Shown: positions 49,347-60,891 of the stretch, one piece after another | Position numbering within the stretch: position 1 is the first letter of the stretch | Layout: every line of letters starts with the position of its first letter | NCBI GenBank assembly: GCA_013265495.1 | Contig: MU061578.1 | Span: forward strand, 4,971,308 to 5,035,307 | Direction: 5' to 3' | DNA length: 64,000 nt | DNA from: Vicugna vicugna | Taxonomy: Eukaryota | The notes under the pieces: generated by a model | Seen by the model: the letters and a program-made list of their open reading frames with translations, nothing else | Databases searched by the model: none | What the model was told of the DNA's origin: nothing | Position numbers and translations under genes: made by a program

Positions 49347-50213
49347 GGGGCAGAGACTTCATCTGGGAGAGGCTGGAGGGAAGAGGGGACCACCAGGGTC
49401 CTGCACCCACATCCCTCATCTGTCTGTGTCTGGTGGAGTTCCCAGGGGATGGGCACTAGGAATGTGGCCAAGGCCCTGCCTGCAGGTGCTCATGGCAGAG
49501 GGAGAGGCGGTAAGCCAGCAGATGACTGGAACTTGAGGGCAGGGCCTTGGCGTGGGGCCTGTGGGATTGCAGGACTTCGCGGGTGCAGAGCTGCAGGGAG
49601 GCAAGGTCTGGGGAGGAGGGCTGGAGCAGCACTCCAGGGTCAGGCTGTGTGGCGGGCCTCTGAGTGTGGGTTGGCATGTTCTAGGGGAGGTTGGCCAGGC
49701 CTTGTGGGGCTCTGGGCAGCACCCTGCTGCTGGGGTGTCATGTGGGAGGTTGGGGAGCACTACGGTCCAAGGTGCTGTTTGGAGCAGCAGGAGACGGGGT
49801 GGGAGGCAGAAGAGAGCTGTGGCCTGGCTTGGCAGGGGTGAAGCAGAGGATGGAGAGAACTGGGGTACCCAGTAGTATCCTCAGATCAGGGAGAGAGTGG
49901 GGTCTTGTCAACCTGCTGCAGAGTCCTGGGATGCGTCTATAGGACTTGGAACTCTGGGGCTGGGGGGAACCCTGTTGGGCCTCTCATCTACCCCAGCCCT
50001 GCCAGGAACCTCACTGACCAAACACTCTAAACCCAAATGCCCATGAGCTCCTCCTCCTCCTGGCTTCCCAGAGAGCACCCCACAGGAGAGCAGGACCCTC
50101 GGCATCTGTGAGGCCACCCAGGACTCGGGGTCTTTCCCTTCCTCGCTCCAGAAGTCAGATGGCCAAGCCAGCTAGGGGTTGAGGATGGTCACCTGTCTAT
50201 GTCCCCTGAGCAG

Positions 50214-50315
50214 GCTGCAGCGTGGAGGCTGCCCTGGAGGCGGCGTCCTTGCACCCCGCACAACTGCTGGGGCTGGAGAAGCATAAGGGGACCCTGGACT
50301 TCGGGGCCGATGCAG
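50214..50315 (+). CDS. AMDHD2: AMDHD2 exon 10
   Basis: gagcag| [33 protein letters not shown] |gtcagg. Confidence 0.94.
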
Positions 50316-50662
50316 GTCAGGGCCCAGTGTGGGCGGCGTGGTTGGCCCGGGCAGCCTTGAGGACTCGGGAGTTCTTGGGAGGCCTGGGACGGGACCAGCG
50401 TGGGCAGGTGGGATCTTCCCTACACCCAGGTGGCTCTGCCCGGCTCCCCCCTTTTCCCTCAGACCAGGCAAGGGGCTGCTGAGAGCTCTGTGTGCGGTCC
50501 TCTACCGCCAGGAGTCTTAGCTCCAGGGGCTCCGTCAGTCTGTGATAGGCTGAGGTGTCCTGCACCAGTCGTATCCTGGGCCTTGGTTTCCCCACCAGCC
50601 TCAGGGTGGGGGTGGCGGTGGCCCTGCCCCTGCCTCCTCCTCACCGCCCACCTCTGACTCAG

Positions 50663-50751
50663 ACTTCGTGGTGCTCGATGACTCTCTCCACGTCCTGGCC
50701 ACCTACATCTCCGGCGAGTTGGTATGGCAGGCAGAGGAGACCCGGCAGTGA
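50663..50751 (+). CDS. AMDHD2: AMDHD2 exon 11 (stop)
   Basis: ctcag| DFVVLDDSLHVLATYISGELVWQAEETRQ TGA. Confidence 0.95.
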
Positions 50752-51799
50752 CCGAGGACCACGGCTGGAGAGGATGCCCAGCCCCAGCTGGACACTGTCA
50801 GGCTGGGCCGTCGAGGAGCTGGTCTCAAGAAAGTGAGGGGGGCCCTGCCCCAGGTGGAGGCCTTAGCCCCTTGGATAAAGGTGTGCTTTGCCGGGACTTG
50901 CCTGGTCTCTGAGTTTTGCTTCAAAGCGGGACTTTTGCTGGTTCTGCCCTCACCCTGGTGGCCCTCCTGGAGGAGTACCTGTGGCTTGGGGTTTGGAGTG
51001 GCTGGATTCCAGCTCAGCCCTGTGTGGGGGGGCTTCTGGGGATCCATGGAGACAACAGGTCCCCTCTCTGTTAGACAGATGTCCATGAGCCCTGCAGACC
51101 CATGGGCAGACATAAATGGAGCAGGGAGCCACAGGCTGCAGGGTGGAAAGCCAGCGGGAAGGGGCTTGGGGAGTGAGGGTGGATGACTTCAGAAGTTTGC
51201 CTGTGGGGCTGAGGGAAAGGGTCTATCTTGGAATTTTAAACAGGAGAGAACTGATCAGTTTTTCATGGAGAAGAATTCAGGAGTGGGCGGGGAAGAGCTG
51301 GAGATGGGAGGGAGCCTCAGGTGGGCACCATGGGGTTTGAGGGGCTGGGTATGTGTGGACGTTCTGTGGGCTCGTCCTCTGCACTCCTGAATTTTGTGGG
51401 CAGAGGAGGGGCCTAAGACCATGGCACTGGACCTGGGCACAGCACTGGCCGCTCCTCCCCAACCTTCAAGAGGAATCTGCACAGGTCACGGGGCCCCAGG
51501 TCACTGGGCTTTGAGTGCAGGAAGCAGTGGCCAGAGGGCCCTGAGCTGACCCCGCTCAACCTGCCCAGCCAGAGGTCCCACCTCCTGGAGCCCTCAGGAT
51601 AACTGAGGCCCTGTGGCTTTTGGTGTCTTTTCTGAACAACTCCTCCACCTGATCCAAATCCTGAGTAGGAGAGATGAGCCCGCCTGCACCTTGGTGTTTA
51701 CACAGCTGTGGGTGACCCTGCCTGGGACTGGTGGGCAGCTCAGGGAACCCCGGTGTCCTGCACCCTGCCACTGTTTGCCCATTAGTGTCTCCCTGCAGC

Positions 51800-52400
51800 C
51801 TTTGGTATTCTCTCAACCCTAGCACCAATCCCCCCACATTGGGAGCACAGGCTGTTGGGCTCCCCAGTAGGACACCTTGGAGGCAAATGGGCTTTGGGGG
51901 GCCCTGCTGGCTCTGAGACAGCCATGACATGGGTTGGTGCAGCCCCAGCTCTGGGGTTGTCATGACTCCCTTCAGCCTACATTCAGGCCCCAGGGTGGGC
52001 CTCCCCTTCCTCCTTTCACCTGTGTGCAGGGGGTCACAGGGCATCACCATCCGTGGCCTGGCCCCTGTCTCTCCTGCCTCTGCCTCAGAGCCCACTAAAG
52101 GAAGTGTCTCTAGGCCCAAAGGGACAAAAATGGTCGCAGGTCTCTGCTATGTGGAATGACAACGTGAGGCAGGGCTGAGGGAAGGCCTGGGGTAGGGGCC
52201 CCCTGTAGAGGGAGGCAGGTCCCTACCTCACCCAATGGGGAGGAGCCAGATGAGCTTCTTAGCAGCTGGGCTCGTGTAGTGCCCACCTGTGCCCGGCTGT
52301 GTTCTAGTAGCTATGCAGTGTTAGCTCATTCTGTTCTCCCCAGAAATCCACTGGGGGAGCTCCCTGTTTGTCATCCTTATTTCTCAGCTACCATGCTGCC
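51800..52400 (-). pseudogene. CEMP1: Non-coding/disabled homologue of the human CEMP1 ORF
   Basis: Minus-strand LPQAFPQPC, LSLWA*RHFL*WALRQRQE and (shifted frame) TTPELGLHQPMS resemble recalled human CEMP1 segments; syntenic position. Boundaries approximate. Confidence 0.6.
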
Positions 52401-52629
52401 TCTCTTAGGGGAGAATTATAGAAGGGGTCATGGAGATGGGGCCAGAAGGGTGACCCTGAGGAAGATGGGAGCCAGTACTGCGCTGGAGCAAGGTGAACTG
52501 ACCCAAAGAGGCCCAGAGGCCGTAGACTTAGTGTGTGGGTGGAATGAAGGTAGCCATGGAGGCTTGGGGGGGAGCTGGGAGTTTGGATTTTGAGGTGTCG
52601 GGGGGCAGCCGCTGCAGGGCGGCTGGTTT

Positions 52630-52890
52630 GGTCTTGAAAATTGTGAAATATACATAACATCCGCCATTTTAACCGTTTTAAAATGCACAGTTCAGGGGCA
52701 TTAAGCACATTCACCCTGTTGTGCAACCATAACCACCACCATCTCCAGAACTTTTCGTCACCCCAGAGGGAAGCTGCACCGAGGACGCCCTCACTCCCAT
52801 CTCCCTTCCCCAGCCCTGGCTTCCACCGCTGGCTTTGTTTCTGAATTTGAGGCTGCTGGGTTTTACACAGAAGAATGCGCTGCTATTTTA
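52630..52890 (-). mobile_element. Antisense L1M (L1MB-like) 3' fragment
   Basis: cattttaaccgttttaaaatgcacagttca...cattaagcacattcaccctgttgtgcaacc..ccatctccagaac. Confidence 0.75.
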
Positions 52891-53099
52891 AGTGATCTTT
52901 CCGGTTGCTGGGGGTGGAAAGGTGGCAAGGAGACCCTGAGGGGCTGGCTGCGGGGCCAGAGACAAGCGACGTTGGGGGGACAGGCTTGCCCCCGCGTGGG
53001 TGTGGACTGCGGGGGCGGGGAGGTGACGCTGGGTGTGTGCCTGAGTCACTGGTGGGTGCGGACTGCTTTTACTAGATGAAGAAGCTGGAGTGGGATCCC

Positions 53100-53850
53100 T
53101 GGGTGACCTGGCGTGCTCCCAGACTCTTCGTGGCGCGTCTGTCTGTCTGTGGACTCCAGGGTCCAGCGTTGATAAGAGGGCTTGCAGGGACGTCCGTGGC
53201 CAAGCCGTCGCCGCAGCTCGACTCCCCCAGGTGGGGGCGAGAGCCACCTGGCGGCCGGACCTGGGCGCTGCGAGGTTTCCCCTGGACGCTTCTGGACTGC
53301 GTCGGGAGCGCGCGGTTCGAGTCCCGGCGCTGAGGGGTCCCTTCCGAAGCCTCTGGCTCCTCATCGGGATGTCGGGCCTCTTAGGTCCCAAGCGCACGGG
53401 GCACACGGTGGCGGGCCCTTAATGCGCTAGGGCCGGGCGCCGACTCGTGCAGAGGTTCCGGGTGGTCCTGGCCGGGGTAGCTGCCTCGGGGGTTGGGGAC
53501 AGACTTACCAACCACGCCTGAACCGGGCGGTTCCCGAGAGGCGGGGCCTTCACTGCGAATCTGGTCCAACCGCCCGCCGCGCCCGCAGCCCCGCGGGCCC
53601 GGGGAGGGGCTCGGCGCCCGCCGACTTGTCTTCCTTGGGAGGGGCTCCTTCCCGGTTGCGGGCTTCTTGCTCCGACCAATCAGGATTGCCACGCGGAGGG
53701 ATGCCCCCGGCCAAGCACTTAGGATGTGCACAGCTCTGTGATCCAGTTAAAGGGCAGGCCCGGAGCCCCTCACGCGCCCTGCGGCCCTAGCTGCGTCCGG
53801 ACCTGCCGGGCCTCATCTCTCTGCCCCTCTTCCGTGTCCGTCCCCTCGCG
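53100..53850. promoter_or_regulatory. Orphan CpG island (GC box 53538, CCAAT 53676, Pol III B-box 53314)
   Basis: CpG-dense segment with no adjacent recognisable coding exon. Confidence 0.6.
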
Positions 53851-54359
53851 CTCCTATGGACCCCTCTCTGCACGCCAACCCTCTTCTCCACGCCCGTCTG
53901 CACCCCACTCCCCTACCGTTAGCATCTTGGTGTGGTTCTTTGCAATGTGATCCTGGACCTGTTTCCACATTTAGGTCTTAGTTTGTTTTACAAACTGGAT
54001 TGCACATTTGATATTGCTCTAGTATTTCACTATTTTTTTTTAAATTGAACAACACGAAGTGGAGAGCTTCCCTGGTGGGGTTATGTGACTCTGTCTCACT
54101 ATTTTAACAAGGTACCCAGTGTACTCTAAGATGGATGTTCCTTAACTTCATAATCAGATCCCACCATGCACCAATGGGATTCCTCCCCACCCCACCCAGC
54201 TGCCCTGGGGAGGATGGACCCTATGGTGATAGACAGGGGATGCTATGGACGCGAATGCTCAAGTGTATCTAGAATTTTGAAGGAGGCCCTACTTGGGCAC
54301 TCTTTTTTGCCCTGTGGGTTCCTCCACCACCCTGTGGCCACAGGAGGGCCAGAGAAGGG

Positions 54360-54790
54360 CCTTCTGTTAGTGCTGCTGGAACAAATTATCACAAGTTCAG
54401 TTGTTTAAAAAAAGCAATTCTGGAGGTCAGAGTCAAAAATAGGTCTCAGTGGGCTAAAATCAAGGTGGCAGAGCTTTGTTTCTTCCTAGAGACTCTAGGG
54501 GAGGATCTTTTGGGGTTTTTGTTGTTGTTGTTGTTTGTTTGTTTTGTTTTGTTTTTTAACCTTTTCTAGCTCCTAGGTGCAGCTCATGACCCTGTCATTG
54601 GCAAAGCCAGCGGATGACCATTGAGTCTCTCACATTACATCACTCTGACCTGAACTCTTTCTGCCCTTCCATCTTTTAAGGACCCTTGTGGTTAATGGGA
54701 CGAACCTGGATGATCCTGGGTGATCTCCTGATTTTAAGGTCAGCTCACTAGCAACCTTAATTCCCCTTCCAATGTGAGAACCATACCTTC
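54360..54790 (-). mobile_element. MaLR MLT1-type LTR
   Basis: aacaaattatcacaa...ttctggaggtcagagtc..aaatcaaggtggcagag...aggacccttgtggttaatggg; MLT1-like. Confidence 0.7.
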
Positions 54791-54969
54791 TAGGAAAATG
54801 GCCTTGGTCAGGGCTCCCCATGCACGGGTCTAAAGGGGAAACTACATTCCTAGTCTCAGTGTATGACAGTGCTGATTTCCCTACCTGCTTACCAACTATG
54901 AATGTTTTTGGGCTTTGCAATTTTGACCCATGTGGGAAGTCGGCCCATTTTAAAGCTGGGGAAGCCAAG

Positions 54970-55110
54970 AGGATAGGTATAGCTCAGTGACAGAATACAT
55001 GCTTAGCATGCATGAGCTCCTGGGTTCAGTTCCCAGTACTTCCATTAAAAATAAATAAATTAACCTAATTGCCTCTCCCCCTCCCCAAAAAAAAGAAAAG
55101 AAAAAATTTT
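54970..55110 (+). mobile_element. Vic-1-like SINE
   Basis: GGTATAGCTCAGTG...CATGCTTAGCATGCATGAG..CCTGGGTTCA.TCCCAGTAC.TCCATTAAAAATAAATAAA. Confidence 0.88.
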
Positions 55111-55376
55111 TAAATAATAAAAAATATAGACAGGGAAGCTTACTTGCTTGAGACCCCATGCAGTTTCCTTTTCCAGACTTTTAGTCTGGTTAATTTTTTC
55201 TCAGATAGCGTGGTTCATATAGGATGACATTTTCCCAGATGGCTTTGGAATCACTGGCTTACTTTGACGTCTTTCATCCATCCACTGGCAGCCATGAGCA
55301 AACAAACGCACCATGGCACCCTCAGGTGTGGTGATCAGAGACTTAGCTGGCAGAAGCAGAAGACCAAGCCATTATC

Positions 55377-55490
55377 TTTTGGTGGGGGTAATTAGATTAT
55401 TTATTTATTCTTTTAGTAAATGTATTGGGGATTGAACCCAGGACCTTGTGCATGCTAAGCATGTGCTTTACCACTGAACTATACCCACCC
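55377..55490 (-). mobile_element. Vic-1-like SINE, antisense
   Basis: ggggattgaacccaggaccttgtgcatgctaagcatgtgctttaccactgaactataccc. Confidence 0.88.
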
Positions 55491-55699
55491 CGCCATCACC
55501 AACGCTATTATCTTTTGAGAGTCCCCTTGTCTCTCCCTAACTGGATGCATCCTGACTGGTCTCCCTGCCTCCCCTTTTCCCAGTGCAGCTCTTTCTTCCC
55601 TGGCTTGCAAAACGTCCCAGGGTGCTGGCCTGGCCTGCCTCTCTTATCTTGTCTGTTCCTGCATCCCAGCAGGACTGAAATCCTGGCTCTGTTCTTGAA

Positions 55700-56186
55700 T
55701 GGCTGTGGAGGCCAGCCTTGAACATGGCCCCCATGATCCCAGCTCCTGAAATTTATGCCCTCCCACAATCCCACCCACATGGTACCAGGTTGTTCTGTGT
55801 GACCCATGGAATGTGGCAGAAGAGATGCTGTATCACTTCTGAGATTAGGTTATAAAAGTCGCTGTGGCTTCCACCTTGGGTATAATTGGTCTTGACTCAT
55901 TCTCTCTAGAGAAAGCCAGCTGCCATGGCATGAAGACACTTAGACAGCCCTGTGGAGGGGCCCCCATAGGCCATCATGGAACTGGATTCTCCAGCCTTTG
56001 TCAAGCTTTTTGATGACTCAGCCCCAGCTGACATCTTGACCACAACCTCATGAGAGACCCTCAGCCAGAACCACCCAGCCAAGCTGCTCCCATCTTCCTG
56101 ACCCGCAAGAACCAAATCACCTGTGTGTGTTGTTTTATGGCTCTAAGTTTGGGGATGATTTGTTATATGGGGCTAGAAAACTAACA
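55700..56186 (+). mobile_element. MaLR MLT1-type LTR
   Basis: Begins tgtgg..atggcccccatgatccc; ends ttgttttatggctctaagtttggggatgatttgttat..aactaaca. Confidence 0.72.
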
Positions 56187-56986
56187 GGCTAGCTGTAGAT
56201 GTTCAGCATGTTCTGTAGCCTCTGAACCCCAACTTCCTCCTTTGTGCCGTGAGGATCATAGAAATGAATAAAATATAGGAAATAACAAAGGCCAAGTGCA
56301 AGCCCAGGGCCTGATTTGCAACGAGGGCTACACACACATGGGCCGTGTGCTGAAGGCAGCCTTCTTGCCCCCTCCCAGGATGGTTACTGTCATCCTCCTG
56401 GCCCTTCCTGGGCGGAACATGACCTCACAATGTCAGGCTGAGCCATTGCACTACTCTTGGCCTGAGGTCACTCTTAAGCCAGTCAGGGACAGAGGCTCTG
56501 GGCAGGGAAAGGATGGATAAGAGCCGGGGGCCACCCCTCTCCTTCCACCAGCTGGGGTGCCAATGTGCTAGGCCCAGTGAGTCCATCTCCCTTCCAGCCC
56601 ACTGTCCTTGGATGGGCAGCCGGACCCAACCCATGGTGGGGGAGCCCTGCCTCTCCCCATGTGAGAGGAGTGGCTCAGCCTAGGCCTTGTACACTGGCTG
56701 CCTTTGGGCCCCAGGAAGACTGAGAATTGTTCTTCTTCCTCCTTTTAGCTCCCCCTTCATGCCCTGCCCCTGCTGCCTGCTCACTGCCTTCATCCGGGCC
56801 ACAGCCTCCCCTTTTCCTCTCATCTCTTCCCCTATGGCTGGCTGGGTGCTGTTTGCTCCACCTACTGCTCGGCGTTCACCATGTACCTTTTCCTCAAGTT
56901 TTGTTCTCATCCTTGTTTCTCTTTGGATAACTCAAGATTGCCATGGCCATGCTTTGTTGTTGTAGACTCTAATAAAAAAAAATATT

Positions 56987-57090
56987 GGGGGGAGGAGGGG
57001 ATAGCTCATTGGTAGAGCACATGTTTAACATGCATGAGGTCCTGGGTTCAATCCCCAGCACGTCTATTAAAAATATAAGAAATAAAAACC
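56987..57090 (+). mobile_element. Vic-1-like SINE
   Basis: GGGATAGCTCATTGGTAGAGCACATG..CATGCATGAGGTCCTGGGTTCAATCCCCAGCAC; flanked by aaaaatat (possible TSD). Confidence 0.88.
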
Positions 57091-57539
57091 TTTAAAAATA
57101 TGTTAAAATATTAAAGACTTCAGGTCATATTATGTAAGTTGCTTCTTGTGCTTTTCAGTAGCTGCAGAGAATTCAAGATGAATGTACCATCATTTATTTT
57201 AACACTCTCTTGTTGACAGATAGTTTGGGGTTTTGTTTGTTTGTTTTGCTTTTTTGCTTTTTGCTTGTATTAAAGCTGTGGGGTCACAGACATCCTCACA
57301 CAGCTTTACATTCATGGGTGAGAGCTTCTTAGAAATTTCCAGGAAGAAGATATACCATTTTATTAATCTTTATTTGCACCAATGTTGAAGAGGCCAAATA
57401 GTCCTAAAGAGGTTTGTAATGAACTGAAATCCCTGCCCGCACCACATCTCTCCCTACTCACATCCCACTTACTGCTGGTTTAAATGTTCTTCCTGTTATA
57501 TAAATAACATCTTTCTTTTTTTTAAAATCCCGCCCATTT

Positions 57540-57740
57540 TTTTTAAGTATAGCCAATTTAGAATGTCAGTTTCAGGTGTACAGCAAAGTGATTCAGTTAT
57601 ACATATACATACATATATATATTTTCAGATTCTTTTCCATTACAGCTCATTATAAGAAATTGATTATAGTTCCCTGTGCTATACAGTAGGTCCCTATTGC
57701 TTATTTTATATATAGTGGTGTGTATCTGACCAAGTCCATA
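57540..57740 (-). mobile_element. Antisense artiodactyl-type L1 3' end
   Basis: tttcaggtgtacagcaaagtgattcagttatacatatac...gttccctgtgctatacagtaggtcc. Confidence 0.8.
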
Positions 57741-58044
57741 TTTCTAAATAATATCATTGTACTTTAAGTCTTGATTTATCACTTGGAGTCATTATCTACT
57801 GCCTTTCTGTTAAAAGAGGTAAGGATTCAACTCTCTCATACCCCCTTTCCTCTCTGGGTCCTGCCAAAGTGGAGTATGATAACAACCGGTTTAAACAGTG
57901 CATCTATATTATGGCTGTAACTTTTACTCACGGCTGAGATGAGTGAGATGCCTGGAGAACTGTGATTGTGCTTCCTTTCTGGTCTGGCTGTTTATTTTGA
58001 AGTTTTCCTCATCTCTGTCTGCTTCTTAATTCATTTAAAAAAAT

Positions 58045-58128
58045 TTTAATGGAGGCACTGGGGAGTGAACGCAGTACCTTGTGCATGTGAAGCATGCACT
58101 TTACCACTGAGCTATTAATTATCCCCCC
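58045..58128 (-). mobile_element. Vic-1-like SINE, antisense, degenerate
   Basis: atggaggcactggggagtgaac...ccttgtgcatg..gcatgcactttaccactgagcta. Confidence 0.8.
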
Positions 58129-59609
58129 ACTCACTTTTATATGTGGTGAAATCTATCAGAAAATCTATCATTTTGAGTATTCTGGGGGCATCCTCTGAAG
58201 CCTGCTCCCCTTAGGTCTGAGGAATCTTGGGATTTCTCCTCGTTATCCGTTTAAAATTGCACCATCTCCCTGGGCACTCCTGGAACCACACTTACCTGAC
58301 TTTCTTTCTCCCCCACAACACTTATTACCTTCTAGCATACCATAAGACTTGCTTATTTATTAACTTGCTGCCCACCCTTCCTCCGCTGGTGGTATCAGAG
58401 TACCATGAGGGCAGAGATTTTTGTGTTTTGCTCGCCAATGAATTGCCAATGTCTAGCAGAGTGCTTGGCATGGAGGGGAGGCTTAATACAAATTTGTTAA
58501 ATGTATAAATCCTGGGACTTCCCTTCATCATTCTGCTGTGTGCTTACTCCCTCATTTGATGGAGCTTATCCCTCAGTAACTTCCTCAGAAAGGGTGCTTG
58601 TGAAATAGATATTTTTAGACTCTATAGCTATGTATATATTTACACTCACGTTTTGTGTATAGTTTGGCAAATTCTTCACTTGTAAGATGGTAGTAGATAT
58701 TGAGTATCTCCAGGTTGTGGTGAGAAGTAAGAGAAATCATATAAAGTGGTTAGCGTTCTTTGAGGAGAAGTTATTCTTACTTTGCAAGGATTGAAAAATA
58801 TAAAATAAGGGTTGTTGGGAAGCAGTTGAGTACAGTGGCCAAGAGCAAGGCGTTGGTGTTGGTTGGGGCTAGTTTTGAGTCTTACGCTCTGTGACCTAGT
58901 AACTCTATGACCAAGAGAAAGCAAATCACTAAAGCCTTAATTTCCTCATGTAAAGAATGGAAATTGTCATAGTACCAACTGCTCATGCAGCTGTTGTGTG
59001 GAAAATCAGGTACATTGCTCTTAATACATAGTAGGAATTATTGACGTAGGATAATGTCCCCAGTGTTTCCAAATGTTGGCTGTGGCTTGGTATGGTAGGA
59101 AGAGCAGTGTCTACCCTGAACTTGTCTTTATGTCCGCTGAGGGTGAGAGTGTCTAGAGCTGGGTAGGCAAATGGTAATTTGCAACATGTTATCAAGAGTT
59201 CTGAGAGGGATACCTGCATTCTGACCCAGCAATTCCAGCTGCTGGGAATTTAGCCTAAGGAAAGAAGTAAGGTTGTGCCTGTATTTCAGTGCAGGTCCTC
59301 CCTGTTCATGAGGAAAAAACCGGGGAACCACTTCAGTGTCAGGAGGGAGCTTGATCAATACATGGATCTACAAGCTATAGGATTCCTCCCGTGGAGTCCT
59401 CTTAGCCTTTACAACTGAGAAAGACAGCAGTCATATATCAGGAGAGCTGTGCAGGATACAGGATGATACATTGTTAGGGTGAAAAAGTGAGTATCAAAAC
59501 AGCATGAACCCTTCTGAGGGATGGGGGTAACATTTGCCATTTTATTTATTTTTTAAGGTACATAAATGTACAGATGATTGGAAAGATGTACAAACAGATG
59601 CTGTAGAGC

Positions 59610-59825
59610 CTAATGGTCAAAGCACAGCCTCTGGCATGTAGTATCAAGATCCTGGGTCTGGCAATACAAGACTGAGGGCAAGTTCCAGAACTGTGCTATA
59701 TGCCTCAGCCTCCTCATCTGAAAAGTGGGGCAACAATAGCTGGGATGCTTGTTTAGAGTAAATGAAATCAGACATGAAAATTCCTTACTAAGAGTAAGCA
59801 CTTGGTGAGTGTTAGCAGCTCTCAC
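59610..59825 (+). mobile_element. MIR SINE
   Basis: tgcctcagcctcctcatctgaaaagtggggcaacaatag core. Confidence 0.7.
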
Positions 59826-60763
59826 TGCTATTCAACAATTAATTCTGGGATTATAGGTTCACTTATCTTCTTATTACTTCTCTGTGTTGTCTTAATTGTT
59901 ACTTTAAAATAGAATTGTTCAAAAAATTGTTTTTTGAAAATAGAAAAAAAGGTTTTTTAAAAATATGCAAACCTTAAGGTAACAAAGATGACTCTAATTT
60001 GTTTAAAACATCATCTTAGAACAACAATGTGAATGCACTTAATGCCATTGAGCCATACACTACAATGGTTAAGGTGGTAAATTTTATGTGTAATATACCA
60101 CAATTAAAAAAACCCACCAACATCATCATCATCAAAAATAGTAACAACCACCAAAAAAATTCAACATCATCATCAACAAAAATAACAACAAAAAAATTAA
60201 TAAGCAAAGAAGAAAGTTCTGAAGGTGTCCCAGGGACTATTAGCAGTGATGAGATGGGATTGTTTTCTGCCTTATAGATAGTACTTTAGAGCCTGGATTT
60301 CCTTCCGTGAATACTTCTTAGTTCTGTAACTAGTGAAGTTGCTTCTCGGTGTTTCCTCAGAGCCCAGCTTCCAAGTCCGAGCAGTGCGGGTTGAAGCCTA
60401 GCCCCACGACCTGCCTCGGGTGTGACCTTGGCCCGCCTCAGCTCCAGCTCCCTCCCCGGGCGCTGCGAGCCTCAGTTTCCCGAACTGGGATGACAGTTCA
60501 TCCCATCCCCCGCCCGGCCCCGCCCCGCGGCCCCGGGATTGGCTCGCGCATGGTCCCCCCTCGAGGCGGGGCCGGGTCGCTGCCGCCCGCCGGGCCTCAA
60601 CCCGGAAATGCGGATCGGGGGCGCCGGCGGGGCTAGCCGGGCAGAGCGACAGCGAGTGTGGCCAGTGGGCGCGGGCAATGGAGGCAGCGCGGCGGAAGTC
60701 CCGCCCAGCGTCGCGTGGGGGCGGGGCGGCGCCGGGGGCGGCGGGCGGCGGGGCGGGCGCAGG

Positions 60764-60811
60764 ATGAGGGCGGCCATTGCTGGGGCTCCGCCGCGGGGAG
60801 GAGGACGCTGA
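60764..60811 (+). other. uORF in PDPK1 5'UTR (MRAAIAGAPPRGGGR*)
   Basis: aggATGa...TGA ending 56 nt before the main ATG. Confidence 0.55.
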
Positions 60812-60867
60812 GGAGGCGCGGAGCCGCGCAGCGCTGCGGGGGAGGCGCCCTCGCCTACGCGGGGCCC

Positions 60868-60891
60868 ATGGCCAGGACCACCAGCCAGCTG
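60868..60891 (+). CDS. PDPK1: 3-phosphoinositide-dependent protein kinase 1, coding exon 1 (MARTTSQL); rest of gene beyond window
   Basis: cccATGGCCAGGACCACCAGCCAGCTG|gtgagt; recognised PDK1 N-terminus and synteny. Confidence 0.93.

Noticed and set aside
53100..53850. Possible orthologue of the human miRNA annotated near CEMP1 (MIR3178, from memory)
   Set aside because: No convincing mature-sequence match or hairpin seen
56987..57070. Possible tRNA-Ala genes (also at 46707 and 54970)
   Set aside because: Mismatched stems, A-rich tails and multiple diverged copies indicate SINEs
60029..60277. Asn/Ile/Ser/Thr-rich ORF
   Set aside because: L1 3' end with a decayed A/CAT/CAA-rich tail
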